Virus record (IMG/VR): IMGVR_UViG_3300037484_000235
Span: 64,001-128,000 of that record
Direction: 5' to 3' (one strand)
DNA: 64,000 nucleotides
From: a virus
Lineage: Duplodnaviria; Caudoviricetes
A program made the translations under genes and the position numbers. The notes below the pieces were generated by a model, which had not been told where the DNA came from, searched no databases, and worked only from the letters and a program-made list of their open reading frames with translations. This document shows, piece after piece, positions 39,594 through 46,231 of this stretch (position 1 is its first letter; every line of letters begins with the position of its first letter).

Positions 39594-39679
39594 GCGTTGG
39601 TCGTCTAAATGCCGTAAAGACGCTAGGCACTGATCCGGATCGGTGCCTGGAAATGCAGTCTCGCAAACTGCACGACGCA
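39594..39679 (+). ncRNA. anticodon-less cloverleaf RNA
   Basis: acceptor, D arm, 12-bp arm with CCGG loop, T-like arm with 9-nt loop. Confidence 0.5.
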
Positions 39680-39685
39680 GAAAAT

Positions 39686-39760
39686 GTCCTGTTCGGCTAA
39701 CGGAAGGCCCTCTGACCCTCAATCAGATGACGGTGGGTTCAACTCCCCCATGGGACGCCA
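39686..39760 (+). tRNA. tRNA-Glu(CTC), C33 variant
   Basis: loop CC-CTC-AA, GCCA. Confidence 0.85.
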
Positions 39761-39762
39761 AT

Positions 39763-39837
39763 GCACTCGTAGCTCAGTGGAAGAGCTTCCGGCTTCGAAC
39801 CGGATGGCCGGGGGTTCAAATCCCTCCGGGTGCGCCA
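39763..39837 (+). tRNA. tRNA-Arg(TCG)
   Basis: loop CT-TCG-AA, CCA. Confidence 0.9.
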
Positions 39838-39849
39838 GTAGTGATCGAT

Positions 39850-39922
39850 GTCTTTGTAGCTCAGTGGATAGAGCAGGCGTTTCCTAAACGCAAGATCGGA
39901 GGTTCGATCCCTCCCAAAGACG
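39850..39922 (+). tRNA. tRNA-Arg(CCT)
   Basis: loop TT-CCT-AA; ends GCTA. Confidence 0.9.
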
Positions 39923-39925
39923 CTA

Positions 39926-40057
39926 GGGCAGATGCGGTGAGGACTACATAACAGGAACTCGGGGTCGCTGGTTCAAGTCCAGCCTGCCATCCTGGATGGC
40001 AGTAGCTCAGTCTGGTAGAGCACGAGTAAAAACCAATCTTCGCTAACCTTGCTGCCC
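39926..40057 (+). ncRNA. yrlA: YrlA-type Y RNA (circularly permuted class I tRNA module)
   Basis: order AC-3' strand, V loop GGGTC, T arm, loop-closed acceptor, D arm, AC-5' strand; outer GGGCAG/CTGCCC. Confidence 0.85.
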
Positions 40058-40066
40058 GAACTTTAT

Positions 40067-40142
40067 GGTGGCTGTAGCACAACGGTAGTGCGCCCGGCTG
40101 TGAACCGGGTTACGGAGGGTTCAACTCCCCCCAGTCACCCCA
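40067..40142 (+). tRNA. tRNA-His(GTG) with G-1
   Basis: loop CT-GTG-AA, C73, CCA. Confidence 0.92.
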
Positions 40143-40149
40143 GATGTAT

Positions 40150-40224
40150 TGGCTCGTAGCTCAACGGGAGAGCACCCGGCTGATAACCGGGAGGTCGTGG
40201 GTTCGACTCCCACTGGGCCAACCA
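40150..40224 (+). tRNA. tRNA-Ile(GAT)
   Basis: loop CT-GAT-AA, CCA. Confidence 0.92.
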
Positions 40225-40233
40225 GTTCGTTTG

Positions 40234-40306
40234 TGCGATGCGGCGGGGACGCCGTCCAGGCCTCATAAGCCAGGAATGCCAGGTTCAACTCCTGGGATCG
40301 CAACCA
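40234..40306 (+). tRNA. atypical tRNA(CAT), Met or Ile2
   Basis: loop CT-CAT-AA, short D loop, ACCA. Confidence 0.65.
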
Positions 40307-40312
40307 AGTGAT

Positions 40313-40387
40313 TGCCCTGTAGCTCAACGGAAGAGCGCTGTCTCGACAAGGCAGAGGCCGTGGGTTCAACTCCCACTAGGGCAACCA
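40313..40387 (+). tRNA. tRNA-Val(GAC), C33 variant
   Basis: loop TC-GAC-AA, ACCA. Confidence 0.85.
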
Positions 40388-40391
40388 ACGA

Positions 40392-40462
40392 TGTTCTGTC
40401 TAGTTGGAAGGGGGCCCTAATCGCGAGGGGCCGCGCAGGTTCAAGTCCTGCCAGAGCAGCCA
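40392..40462 (+). ncRNA. tRNA-like RNA without a valid anticodon loop
   Basis: acceptor TGTTCTG/CAGAGCA, canonical T arm, GCCA; D arm degenerate, loop AATCGCG. Confidence 0.55.
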
Positions 40463-40528
40463 AGCTCGCCTACCATGTGTGGGTGGAGTAACGGGGTCGT
40501 GTCCTCACGGGGACGGCCCCAGCTTTAT

Positions 40529-40603
40529 CGCGGGATGGAGAAGTGGTATCTCGTCGGGCTCATAACCCGGAGAACGCCGGTTCAAATCCGGCTCCCGCAA
40601 CCA
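40529..40603 (+). tRNA. initiator tRNA-fMet(CAT)
   Basis: C1:A72 mismatch, three G-C pairs in the anticodon stem, CCA. Confidence 0.92.
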
Positions 40604-40606
40604 AAT

Positions 40607-40683
40607 GGGGTCGTAGCTCAGTTGGGAGAAGCGCCTGCATCGCAAGCAGGAGGTCGTGAGTTCAAATCTCACCGATTCCACCA
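40607..40683 (+). tRNA. tRNA-Ala(CGC)
   Basis: G3-U70, loop AT-CGC-AA, ACCA. Confidence 0.9.
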
Positions 40684-40740
40684 TGTTTTAATAGTGGTTG
40701 ACTTACCATACTGAATGGTTCAACCTTCACCGTATCCACC

Positions 40741-41322
40741 ATGCTAGACACAGATCACCCTGAGGAAATTGTTTCCTCATCTTGGGATGGCCGTCCTCGA
40801 AGACTTGTTGCCAATCTTTGTGGTCATTGTCATGGCAGGTTCTTTGCCCCGAGACACACAACTGCAAAGTTCTGTTCTAAGACATGCTCCGACGAGTCAC
40901 AGAAGAACAAGACCGTTCTTGTTTGTGCCCAATGTAAAAGGTCTTTTGAGCGTGTTCCCAGTACCTTGAAGAACTCCCGGAGTGGGGTGAGATTCTGTCA
41001 GAGATCCTGTAAGGATGAGGCTCAAAGACTTGAGGGTCTCAAGGCCATACACCCTTCTCACTACGGGAGTGACATCACCCACAAGAAAGCTCTGATTAGG
41101 GATAGGGGACACAAGTGCGAGGTGTGTGGTTTCTCTCGGTGGCAAGGCAAGCCAATATCTCTGCACGTCGATCATGTCGACGGAAACCCTTATGACCACT
41201 CCCTAAGCAACCTTCGATTGATCTGTCCAAACTGTCATACCCAGACGCCAACTTATGGCGGCAGGAATAGAGGAAGGGGGAGAAAGTCGCGAAAGCTTCC
41301 GGATTGGAGTGACGTGAGGTGA
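40741..41322 (+). CDS. HNH endonuclease with N-terminal treble-clef Zn motifs
   Basis: CEVCG..W.G..ISLHVDHVDG...D....NLRLICPNCH.QT.TY. Confidence 0.9.
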   Translation: MLDTDHPEEIVSSSWDGRPRRLVANLCGHCHGRFFAPRHTTAKFCSKTCSDESQKNKTVLVCAQCKRSFERVPSTLKNSRSGVRFCQRSCKDEAQRLEGLKAIHPSHYGSDITHKKALIRDRGHKCEVCGFSRWQGKPISLHVDHVDGNPYDHSLSNLRLICPNCHTQTPTYGGRNRGRGRKSRKLPDWSDVR

Positions 41323-41334
41323 TGGGGTGTTTTT

Positions 41335-41407
41335 CGGGGTGTAGCTCAAATGGGAGAGCTTTGGCGAACAGCCAAAGATCAGGGTTCGAATCCCTGCTAC
41401 CCGGCCA
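41335..41407 (+). ncRNA. tRNA-like RNA with 5-nt anticodon loop (GAACA)
   Basis: canonical D and T arms, GCCA end, two acceptor mismatches. Confidence 0.6.
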
Positions 41408-41541
41408 GTGTTGTGGAAATACTCGATGGGGATTACATTACCTGCTAAGTAATCGATCTGGGTTCGACTCCCAGGCGCTCCCGTAAGGGGGCGAGCCAGG
41501 GGCTAGAAAAACATCTCTGTCATCACTTGTTTCACAGCACT
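41407..41541 (+). ncRNA. permuted tRNA-mimic Y-like RNA retaining a GCU anticodon arm
   Basis: 12-bp outer stem; GATTACAT; AC arm, T arm, GTAA-closed acceptor, D-like hairpin. Confidence 0.7.
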
Positions 41542-41551
41542 ACTTCTTTTC

Positions 41552-41692
41552 GTGGTGAATACCGCAGTGACTACATGGAAAACGGTTGCCGAAAGGCGTG
41601 TGGGCTTCGATACCCACCTCAGCCTCGCAAGGGCTGAGTGGCGGAATGGCAGACGCGACTGCAAATGTCACTGTGACCCCTCTTGTCACCAC
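41552..41692 (+). ncRNA. permuted tRNA-Leu-like (class II) Y-like RNA
   Basis: V arm GCCGAAAGGC, T arm, closed acceptor, Leu D arm; outer stems of 9 and 7 bp; GACTACAT. Confidence 0.8.
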
Positions 41693-41833
41693 ACTAACTT
41701 CGCATGGGCCCTACGGGGTCCATGTGCAGACGGGTCTCGTAGGTCGCGCCAGGCCCTACGAGCTGGAAGATAGGGGACGCCACCCGCGAAAGCGATCAGC
41801 GGCCCCGAGTCCTGTCCGTGTTCCTGGTATTCT

Positions 41834-41906
41834 GGGGCTGTAGCTCAGTTGGGAGAGCGTCTCCATGGCATGGAGAAGGTCAAGGGTTCGATTCCCTTCA
41901 GCTCCA
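41834..41906 (+). tRNA. tRNA-Ala(GGC)
   Basis: loop AT-GGC-AT; ends ACCG. Confidence 0.9.
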
Positions 41907-41907
41907 C

Positions 41908-42053
41908 CGTAAGGGTAGTTCAAGTTGCGGTCGCGTACCGCACGGGGACGTAGGACAACCACAAGTCTGTGCACAGGTCGGTGGGAAGATCACGCGACGT
42001 GAGAGCTGCCTTCCAATAGAAGGTGAACGCAGGCGGAAACCCTGCCCCTTACG
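41908..42053 (+). ncRNA. expanded tRNA-like RNA
   Basis: 8-bp closing stem CGTAAGGG/CCCTTACG; T-like arm GCAGG-CGGAAAC-CCTGC. Confidence 0.4.
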
Positions 42054-42067
42054 ACAATTTCAAACAT

Positions 42068-42143
42068 GGGGACGTAGCTCAGCTGGGAGAGCGCGGGCTT
42101 TGCAAGCCTGAGGTCGCAGGTTCAATCCCTGTCGTCTCCACCA
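42068..42143 (+). tRNA. tRNA-Ala(TGC)
   Basis: loop TT-TGC-AA, ACCA. Confidence 0.92.
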
Positions 42144-42144
42144 A

Positions 42145-42240
42145 GGTGTAGGATTGCTAATCGGTAGGCAGGGAGGCTACAGGCTGACGAGCCTGGTACG
42201 GCCACCCGTATTGCAGGTTCAACTCCTGCCCAGCACCCCG
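42145..42240 (+). ncRNA. tRNA-like RNA with elongated anticodon arm capped by GACG
   Basis: 8-bp acceptor with one mismatch, D arm, canonical T arm. Confidence 0.55.
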
Positions 42241-42243
42241 TGT

Positions 42244-42318
42244 GCCCTCGTAGCTCAGTGGGAGAGCACCACATTGGTAATGTGGGGGTCGCCGGTTCAA
42301 TCCCGGCCGAGGGCTCCA
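42244..42318 (+). tRNA. tRNA-Thr(GGT)
   Basis: loop TT-GGT-AA, TCCA. Confidence 0.92.
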
Positions 42319-42328
42319 AGTTCGTTTT

Positions 42329-42399
42329 GCGGGCATGGTCAAGTGGCTTGGCCCTAGGCTTCCAACCTAGAGACGCGAGTTCGATTCTCGCTGCCCGCT
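42329..42399 (+). tRNA. tRNA-Gly(TCC)
   Basis: loop CT-TCC-AA, U73, no CCA. Confidence 0.88.
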
Positions 42400-42406
42400 C
42401 AAATGT

Positions 42407-42509
42407 TCGTTCCGTTCGGAGGTGGTTTGATCAGGCCAAGTGACGCAAGACTAGCTCCGGGGCTATGATCTCGGTGCGTTACCGATTGAGCTACCTCCGA
42501 ACGGAACGA
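42407..42509 (+). ncRNA. long-hairpin RNA with 26-bp closing stem
   Basis: 42407-42432 pairs fully (with G-U) to 42484-42509; inner helices. Confidence 0.6.
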
Positions 42510-42514
42510 CGAGT

Positions 42515-42589
42515 GCGGGTGTGGCGCAGTGGTAGCGCATCAGCTTCCCATGCTGAATGTCGCGGGTTCGACTCCCGCCACCCGCTCCA
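42515..42589 (+). tRNA. tRNA-Gly(CCC)
   Basis: loop TT-CCC-AT, TCCA. Confidence 0.92.
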
Positions 42590-42643
42590 GGTTGAATGCC
42601 ACGTCGGGAGTACATCCCTATACGATAAACCCTCTCGACAACC
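42590..42643 (+). ncRNA. minimal Y-RNA-like hairpin (paralog of 38981-39047)
   Basis: GTTGAATGC..GTCGGGAGTACATC..CGATA..CTCTCGAC. Confidence 0.6.
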
Positions 42644-42680
42644 GTGCAGACTAGTGCTGCACACCTTGTCAACCTTTCAC

Positions 42681-42755
42681 GACGCGGTCCTTCTGGCGGA
42701 AGGCAGCAGATTGCAACCCTGCTTGAGGTGAGTTCGATTCTCACCCGCGTCTCCA
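42681..42755 (+). tRNA. tRNA-Cys(GCA)
   Basis: loop TT-GCA-AC, U73, CCA. Confidence 0.88.
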
Positions 42756-42760
42756 CCAAT

Positions 42761-42837
42761 GCGGCAATAGCTTAGTGGGAGAGCTACCCTGTCCTGAATA
42801 GGCGAGGGTGACATGGGTTCGATCCCCGTTTGCTGCA
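42761..42837 (+). ncRNA. tRNA-Phe(GAA)-like with 8-bp bulged anticodon stem
   Basis: canonical acceptor, D and T arms; arm ACCCTGTC-CTGAATA-GGCGAGGGT. Confidence 0.55.
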
Positions 42838-43246
42838 TCGGTTTCAACTATGGGGGCAGGGAGACCTGCTACCCTAGACACCGCCCTTAACTGGGCCAGC
42901 CTAGTTAGCAACTAGGTGGTGGTGTATGCTGGACGGTTGTGGGAGTACTAGTCCAGGGGAGAGCATGAACCCAACGAAGAGGATCGGGTAGACTCTGGTC
43001 CGCACAAGTTTGTATGGCGTGCGTCTCGGGGAACACCCAGGCAGATGCCTCCTGGCACGGTGATACACACCCTAGACGTGCCATCTAACGCCGTTCCCCT
43101 TCGGGGGTTCATGGAACCGAGTCCGTCTTCGGGCGGCTTGGGTGCGAGCGGATTCGCATAGGAAAAGATTCGAAGCGCCGCTGCTGTCGAAGACACAGGT
43201 CGGGGTGTCGACCGAGCCCTGACACGTAGCTAAAGAGTCGGTCTAT

Positions 43247-43321
43247 GCACTCGTAGTTCAGGGGAAGAACTCCCGTCTTCTAAGCGGGTTGTCGGGGGTT
43301 CGAATCCTCCCGGGTGCGCCA
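43247..43321 (+). tRNA. tRNA-Arg(TCT)
   Basis: loop CT-TCT-AA, CCA. Confidence 0.92.
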
Positions 43322-43331
43322 CAAGGTCAAT

Positions 43332-43407
43332 GTCCGTATAGTGAAACTGGATATCACGCATCTCTACGAAAGATGTATTGCAGGTTCGAATCCTGCTATG
43401 GGCGCCA
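43332..43407 (+). tRNA. tRNA-Arg(ACG)
   Basis: loop CT-ACG-AA, CCA. Confidence 0.9.
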
Positions 43408-43409
43408 AT

Positions 43410-43485
43410 GTCTCTGTAGTGAAACGGATCATCACGCGGGCCTCCGAAGCCCTTATTGCTGGTTCGAATCCAGCCAGAGACGCCA
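43410..43485 (+). tRNA. tRNA-Arg(CCG)
   Basis: loop CT-CCG-AA, CCA. Confidence 0.9.
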
Positions 43486-43493
43486 AGTACAAT

Positions 43494-43568
43494 CCCTCCG
43501 TCCAGCGGGTCTGGGGACGCGCTTCATAAGCGTGCTTGCGAGCGGTTCGAGTCCGCCCGGTGGGACCA
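43494..43568 (+). tRNA. atypical tRNA(CAT)
   Basis: loop TT-CAT-AA, ACCA, irregular D arm. Confidence 0.65.
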
Positions 43569-43903
43569 TTCTCTGTGCAGAGCCGCTGACGACACGTCAG
43601 CATGGCGCAGTACAAGTCTGCATAGACGGGTGTGGAACTCGGACTGGTCGGATGCTGGTGAGAAGACCAGCTAAGCGCAGAGGATGAACACGTTTGAGTG
43701 CGTCTTGACTGATTCAAGTTCAAGACAGCCTGCCAGCAATCAGTTGCTGACTGTCAACCTGCCGATCTCATACAAGGGACACCTAGTGTCGGCCTTCAGA
43801 TGCGTCGCTTTGCGGCTCCTCTGACTGGAAGCGTACTAGGGCGGTCACACAGTGACCGGGTGAGTGTTGTCTCAATCTATCCTAGATCATTCTCGGGATC
43901 TTT

Positions 43904-43978
43904 CGGGGTGTAGCGCAGTGGTAGCGCGTCTGTTTCGGGAACAGAAAGTCGTCGGTTCGATCCCGGCCACCCCGACCA
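43904..43978 (+). tRNA. tRNA-Pro(CGG)
   Basis: loop TT-CGG-GA, ACCA. Confidence 0.92.
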
Positions 43979-44077
43979 CAACATCGTCAGCCACTTCAGC
44001 GCCCCTCGGGGAAGTCTGTTGCGTGTTGATGATGGGTCACCCCCTGGGCGCGTCCGGGCTAGGGTGACTGTGTTTCT

Positions 44078-44152
44078 CTGGGTGTAGCGAAGTGGTATCG
44101 CGCTCGGTTTGGGGCCGAGAAATCGCTGGTTCGATCCCAGCCACTCAGACCA
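44078..44152 (+). tRNA. tRNA-Pro(TGG)
   Basis: loop TT-TGG-GG, ACCA. Confidence 0.9.
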
Positions 44153-44179
44153 CAACATCGCTCTCACCTCGGTTTGGGC

Positions 44180-44249
44180 GGTGGGCTTCACCTCTGTGTC
44201 GGCCGCACGGGGTGGGCTTCACCTCTGTGTCGGCCGCACGGGGTGGGCT
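44180..44249. repeat. 31-bp tandem repeat (2 copies plus 8 nt)
   Basis: GGTGGGCTTCACCTCTGTGTCGGCCGCACGG x2. Confidence 0.9.
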
Positions 44250-44259
44250 GTGATTTTCT

Positions 44260-44334
44260 CGGGGCGTGGCGAAGTGGTATCGCGCTCGGCTGGGGGTCGA
44301 GAGATCGCAGGTTCGATCCCTGTCGCCCCGACCA
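44260..44334 (+). tRNA. tRNA-Pro(GGG)
   Basis: loop CT-GGG-GG, ACCA. Confidence 0.9.
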
Positions 44335-44585
44335 CTCTGGTTCGATTGGATCCTCGACCAGAGCCCAACCCTGTCAGGAGTCTGCCGTTAGGAGACGGCA
44401 CAGAACAAGCCGGGACATAGTGTACGGCAACACAATCCGGCAAGTCCGGATAAAAGCGATTCAATTCCGCGCGTCTCGGGGAAGTCTGAGGTGTGTGCTA
44501 CACACCTGACGGGGAAGGGAACTTTTTGCTGGTGAATCATGTAATCTCCCGGGGGTCATCCGTTACACTGGTGAAGGAAGCAACC

Positions 44586-44747
44586 ATGAAGCCCTACGAC
44601 ATCGACCGAAAGCGCCACGAGACTTGCCGCTACGGGTGCTGCACGAACCCTCAGGGCAGCAAGAAGCACCTCGCGACACGTCGCCGTCAGAAGCGGTCTT
44701 CCAGGGCGCATGGGCGCCAGGAGATCCGGGAGACCACGGCGTCATGA
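44586..44747 (+). CDS. small Arg-rich protein (CRYGCC)
   Basis: ATG after AAGGAAG; strong codon bias. Confidence 0.6.
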   Translation: MKPYDIDRKRHETCRYGCCTNPQGSKKHLATRRRQKRSSRAHGRQEIRETTAS

Positions 44748-45073
44748 ACAACGACCGACCCACGACACTTGCAGAGTGGCTCGTTTCCGAAGAGAAGGCG
44801 CCTGACCAAAGTAAGCTGGCTGCGTGGCTCGTCTCTGACGAGGACGAGACGCCTGACCAAAGCAAGCACGCGTTCCACATGGGGTGGGTCCGGGCAGGTT
44901 GCTTGAAGAAGCATGGCATCACAGCAGCCACCCGGCGCCAGGCCCGTAAGGCTGCGGCCCGGTGCGAGGCAACGGACTTCATGGCCGGATGGTACGTCCG
45001 GCAGCTCGCTGACTTCCTGGGATGCTGGGGACCAATCTCCCAACTCGATGTACGGGGCGTGAACCGCTCCTGA
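44744..45073 (+). CDS. hypothetical protein with duplicated LA.WLVS.E...PDQSK unit
   Basis: ATGA overlap. Confidence 0.6.
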   Translation: MNNDRPTTLAEWLVSEEKAPDQSKLAAWLVSDEDETPDQSKHAFHMGWVRAGCLKKHGITAATRRQARKAAARCEATDFMAGWYVRQLADFLGCWGPISQLDVRGVNRS

Positions 45074-45102
45074 ACCGCTCCTGACGTGTTCGGATGTTCC
45101 AT

Positions 45103-45326
45103 ACCTCTGTAGCGCAACGGAAGCGCGTCGGAAAAACGAAGCCGATATCGTAAAAGACGCCGTACCACCTGCTACCCTGAATCCAAATGGGATAGGGGGT
45201 GTGGGGAACCCCCAAAGGTTGCAGAAGCACCGAATGGCTTGGAGACAGGTCACTAGGGAAGCGCGGTTTCCTAAGAAGGGGGTTTGGGTGTGGATGAAGT
45301 GGGTTCGACTCCCACCAGGGGTGCTA
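45103..45326 (+). ncRNA. about 220-nt expanded tRNA-like RNA
   Basis: acceptor ACCTCTG/CAGGGGT, canonical D arm and T arm, about 170-nt insert. Confidence 0.6.
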
Positions 45327-45330
45327 AAAA

Positions 45331-45406
45331 CCGCTCTTAGTTCAATCGGACTCAGAACCCCCGTCTCATAAACGGGTATGTCTCGGTTCGAATCCGGGAG
45401 AGCGGA
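45331..45406 (+). tRNA. tRNA(CAT), Met or Ile2
   Basis: loop CT-CAT-AA; no CCA. Confidence 0.85.
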
Positions 45407-45419
45407 CAAATAGGGTGCT

Positions 45420-45614
45420 GTGATGATCGACTTCAATGCAGAGTACAGGCATCGACGGAAGGGTTTCCGTGTGATCGTAGGGGAGCCCGCTTGGTGGGAC
45501 ACCATGGAAGCTAACCGGGTTGTGGTCTACAAGTTGGGGGCCATGTCTGGACCTCTGCACTGGGTGATGAAACGATCGTCGTTCGAGCGGTTGTACGAAG
45601 TCATGCGCGCGTAA
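45420..45614 (+). CDS. DUF1653-like small protein
   Basis: YRH.RKG.RV; VVVYK; WV.KRSSF. Confidence 0.6.
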   Translation: MMIDFNAEYRHRRKGFRVIVGEPAWWDTMEANRVVVYKLGAMSGPLHWVMKRSSFERLYEVMRA

Positions 45615-45679
45615 CTCAGTGGAAGAGTGTCTCCTTTACACGGAGAATGTCGGGGGTTCGATCCCCTCCGCGCGTACCA
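45605..45679 (+). tRNA. tRNA-Val(TAC)
   Basis: loop TT-TAC-AC, ACCA. Confidence 0.92.
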
Positions 45680-45764
45680 AAAGACCACCCTTTGGTGGCA
45701 AAGTACCGGACGGGAGGTAGGTCTCCGGGGAATACCTCGGGGACTCCTTCCGATCTTGGAACAT

Positions 45765-45849
45765 GTGAGAGTGGTGGAATGGCAGTCACGCTGGGCTAAG
45801 GACCCAGTGCCCCCAACGGGGCGTGCGGGTTCGACTCCCGCCTTTCACA
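45765..45849 (+). tRNA. tRNA-Leu(AAG)
   Basis: stem CTGGG/CCCAG, loop CT-AAG-GA, long V arm, A73. Confidence 0.88.
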
Positions 45850-45867
45850 CAAAGTGCAGTGCAACAT

Positions 45868-45955
45868 GCTGGGGTGGCGAAATGGCAGACGCACCAGGTT
45901 CAGAACCTGGCGGGGTTTAAACCTCATGGGGGTTCAAGTCCCCCCCTCAGCACCA
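45868..45955 (+). tRNA. tRNA-Leu(CAG)
   Basis: loop TT-CAG-AA, V arm, ACCA. Confidence 0.92.
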
Positions 45956-45967
45956 AAGAGTACACAT

Positions 45968-46052
45968 GCAAGATTGGCGAAACTGGCAGACGCTACGGGC
46001 TGAGAGTCCGTCGGGTAATACCGTGAGGGTTCGACTCCCTCATCTTGCACCA
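45968..46052 (+). tRNA. tRNA-Leu(GAG)
   Basis: loop CT-GAG-AG, V arm, ACCA. Confidence 0.92.
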
Positions 46053-46059
46053 GTAGTGA

Positions 46060-46135
46060 GGGAGCGTAGCCCAACGGCAGAGGCAGTGCATTTAGGGTGC
46101 ACTCAGTGTGGGTTCGAATCCCACCGTTCCTACCA
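46060..46135 (+). tRNA. tRNA-Leu(TAG), short variable loop
   Basis: loop TT-TAG-GG, 5-nt V loop, ACCA. Confidence 0.88.
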
Positions 46136-46138
46136 AAT

Positions 46139-46223
46139 GCCCCGGTGGCGAAACGGCAAACGCGGTGGATTTAAAATCCGCTGCCGAAAGGTGTTGCGGG
46201 TTCGACTCCCGCTCGGGGCACCA
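46139..46223 (+). tRNA. tRNA-Leu(TAA)
   Basis: loop TT-TAA-AA, V arm, ACCA. Confidence 0.92.
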
Positions 46224-46231
46224 AGATGTAT

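Noticed and set aside
42590-42680. Theta/HDV-like ribozyme after a tRNA 3' end (also 38981)
   Set aside because: The inner stem is 8-9 bp with a large loop rather than the 3-bp P3/L3, and I could not fit P2 or the J4/2 catalytic C; not formally excluded without an assay
44180-44249. 31-bp repeat as a CRISPR mini-array
   Set aside because: The copies are directly tandem with no spacers, and there are no cas genes in the window
45060-45084. 11-bp tandem TGAACCGCTCC as a regulatory site
   Set aside because: Only two copies spanning a stop codon; likely local slippage
45103-45326. Group I intron within a tRNA
   Set aside because: No recognisable P7 R/S motifs or terminal omega-G context; the insert is short
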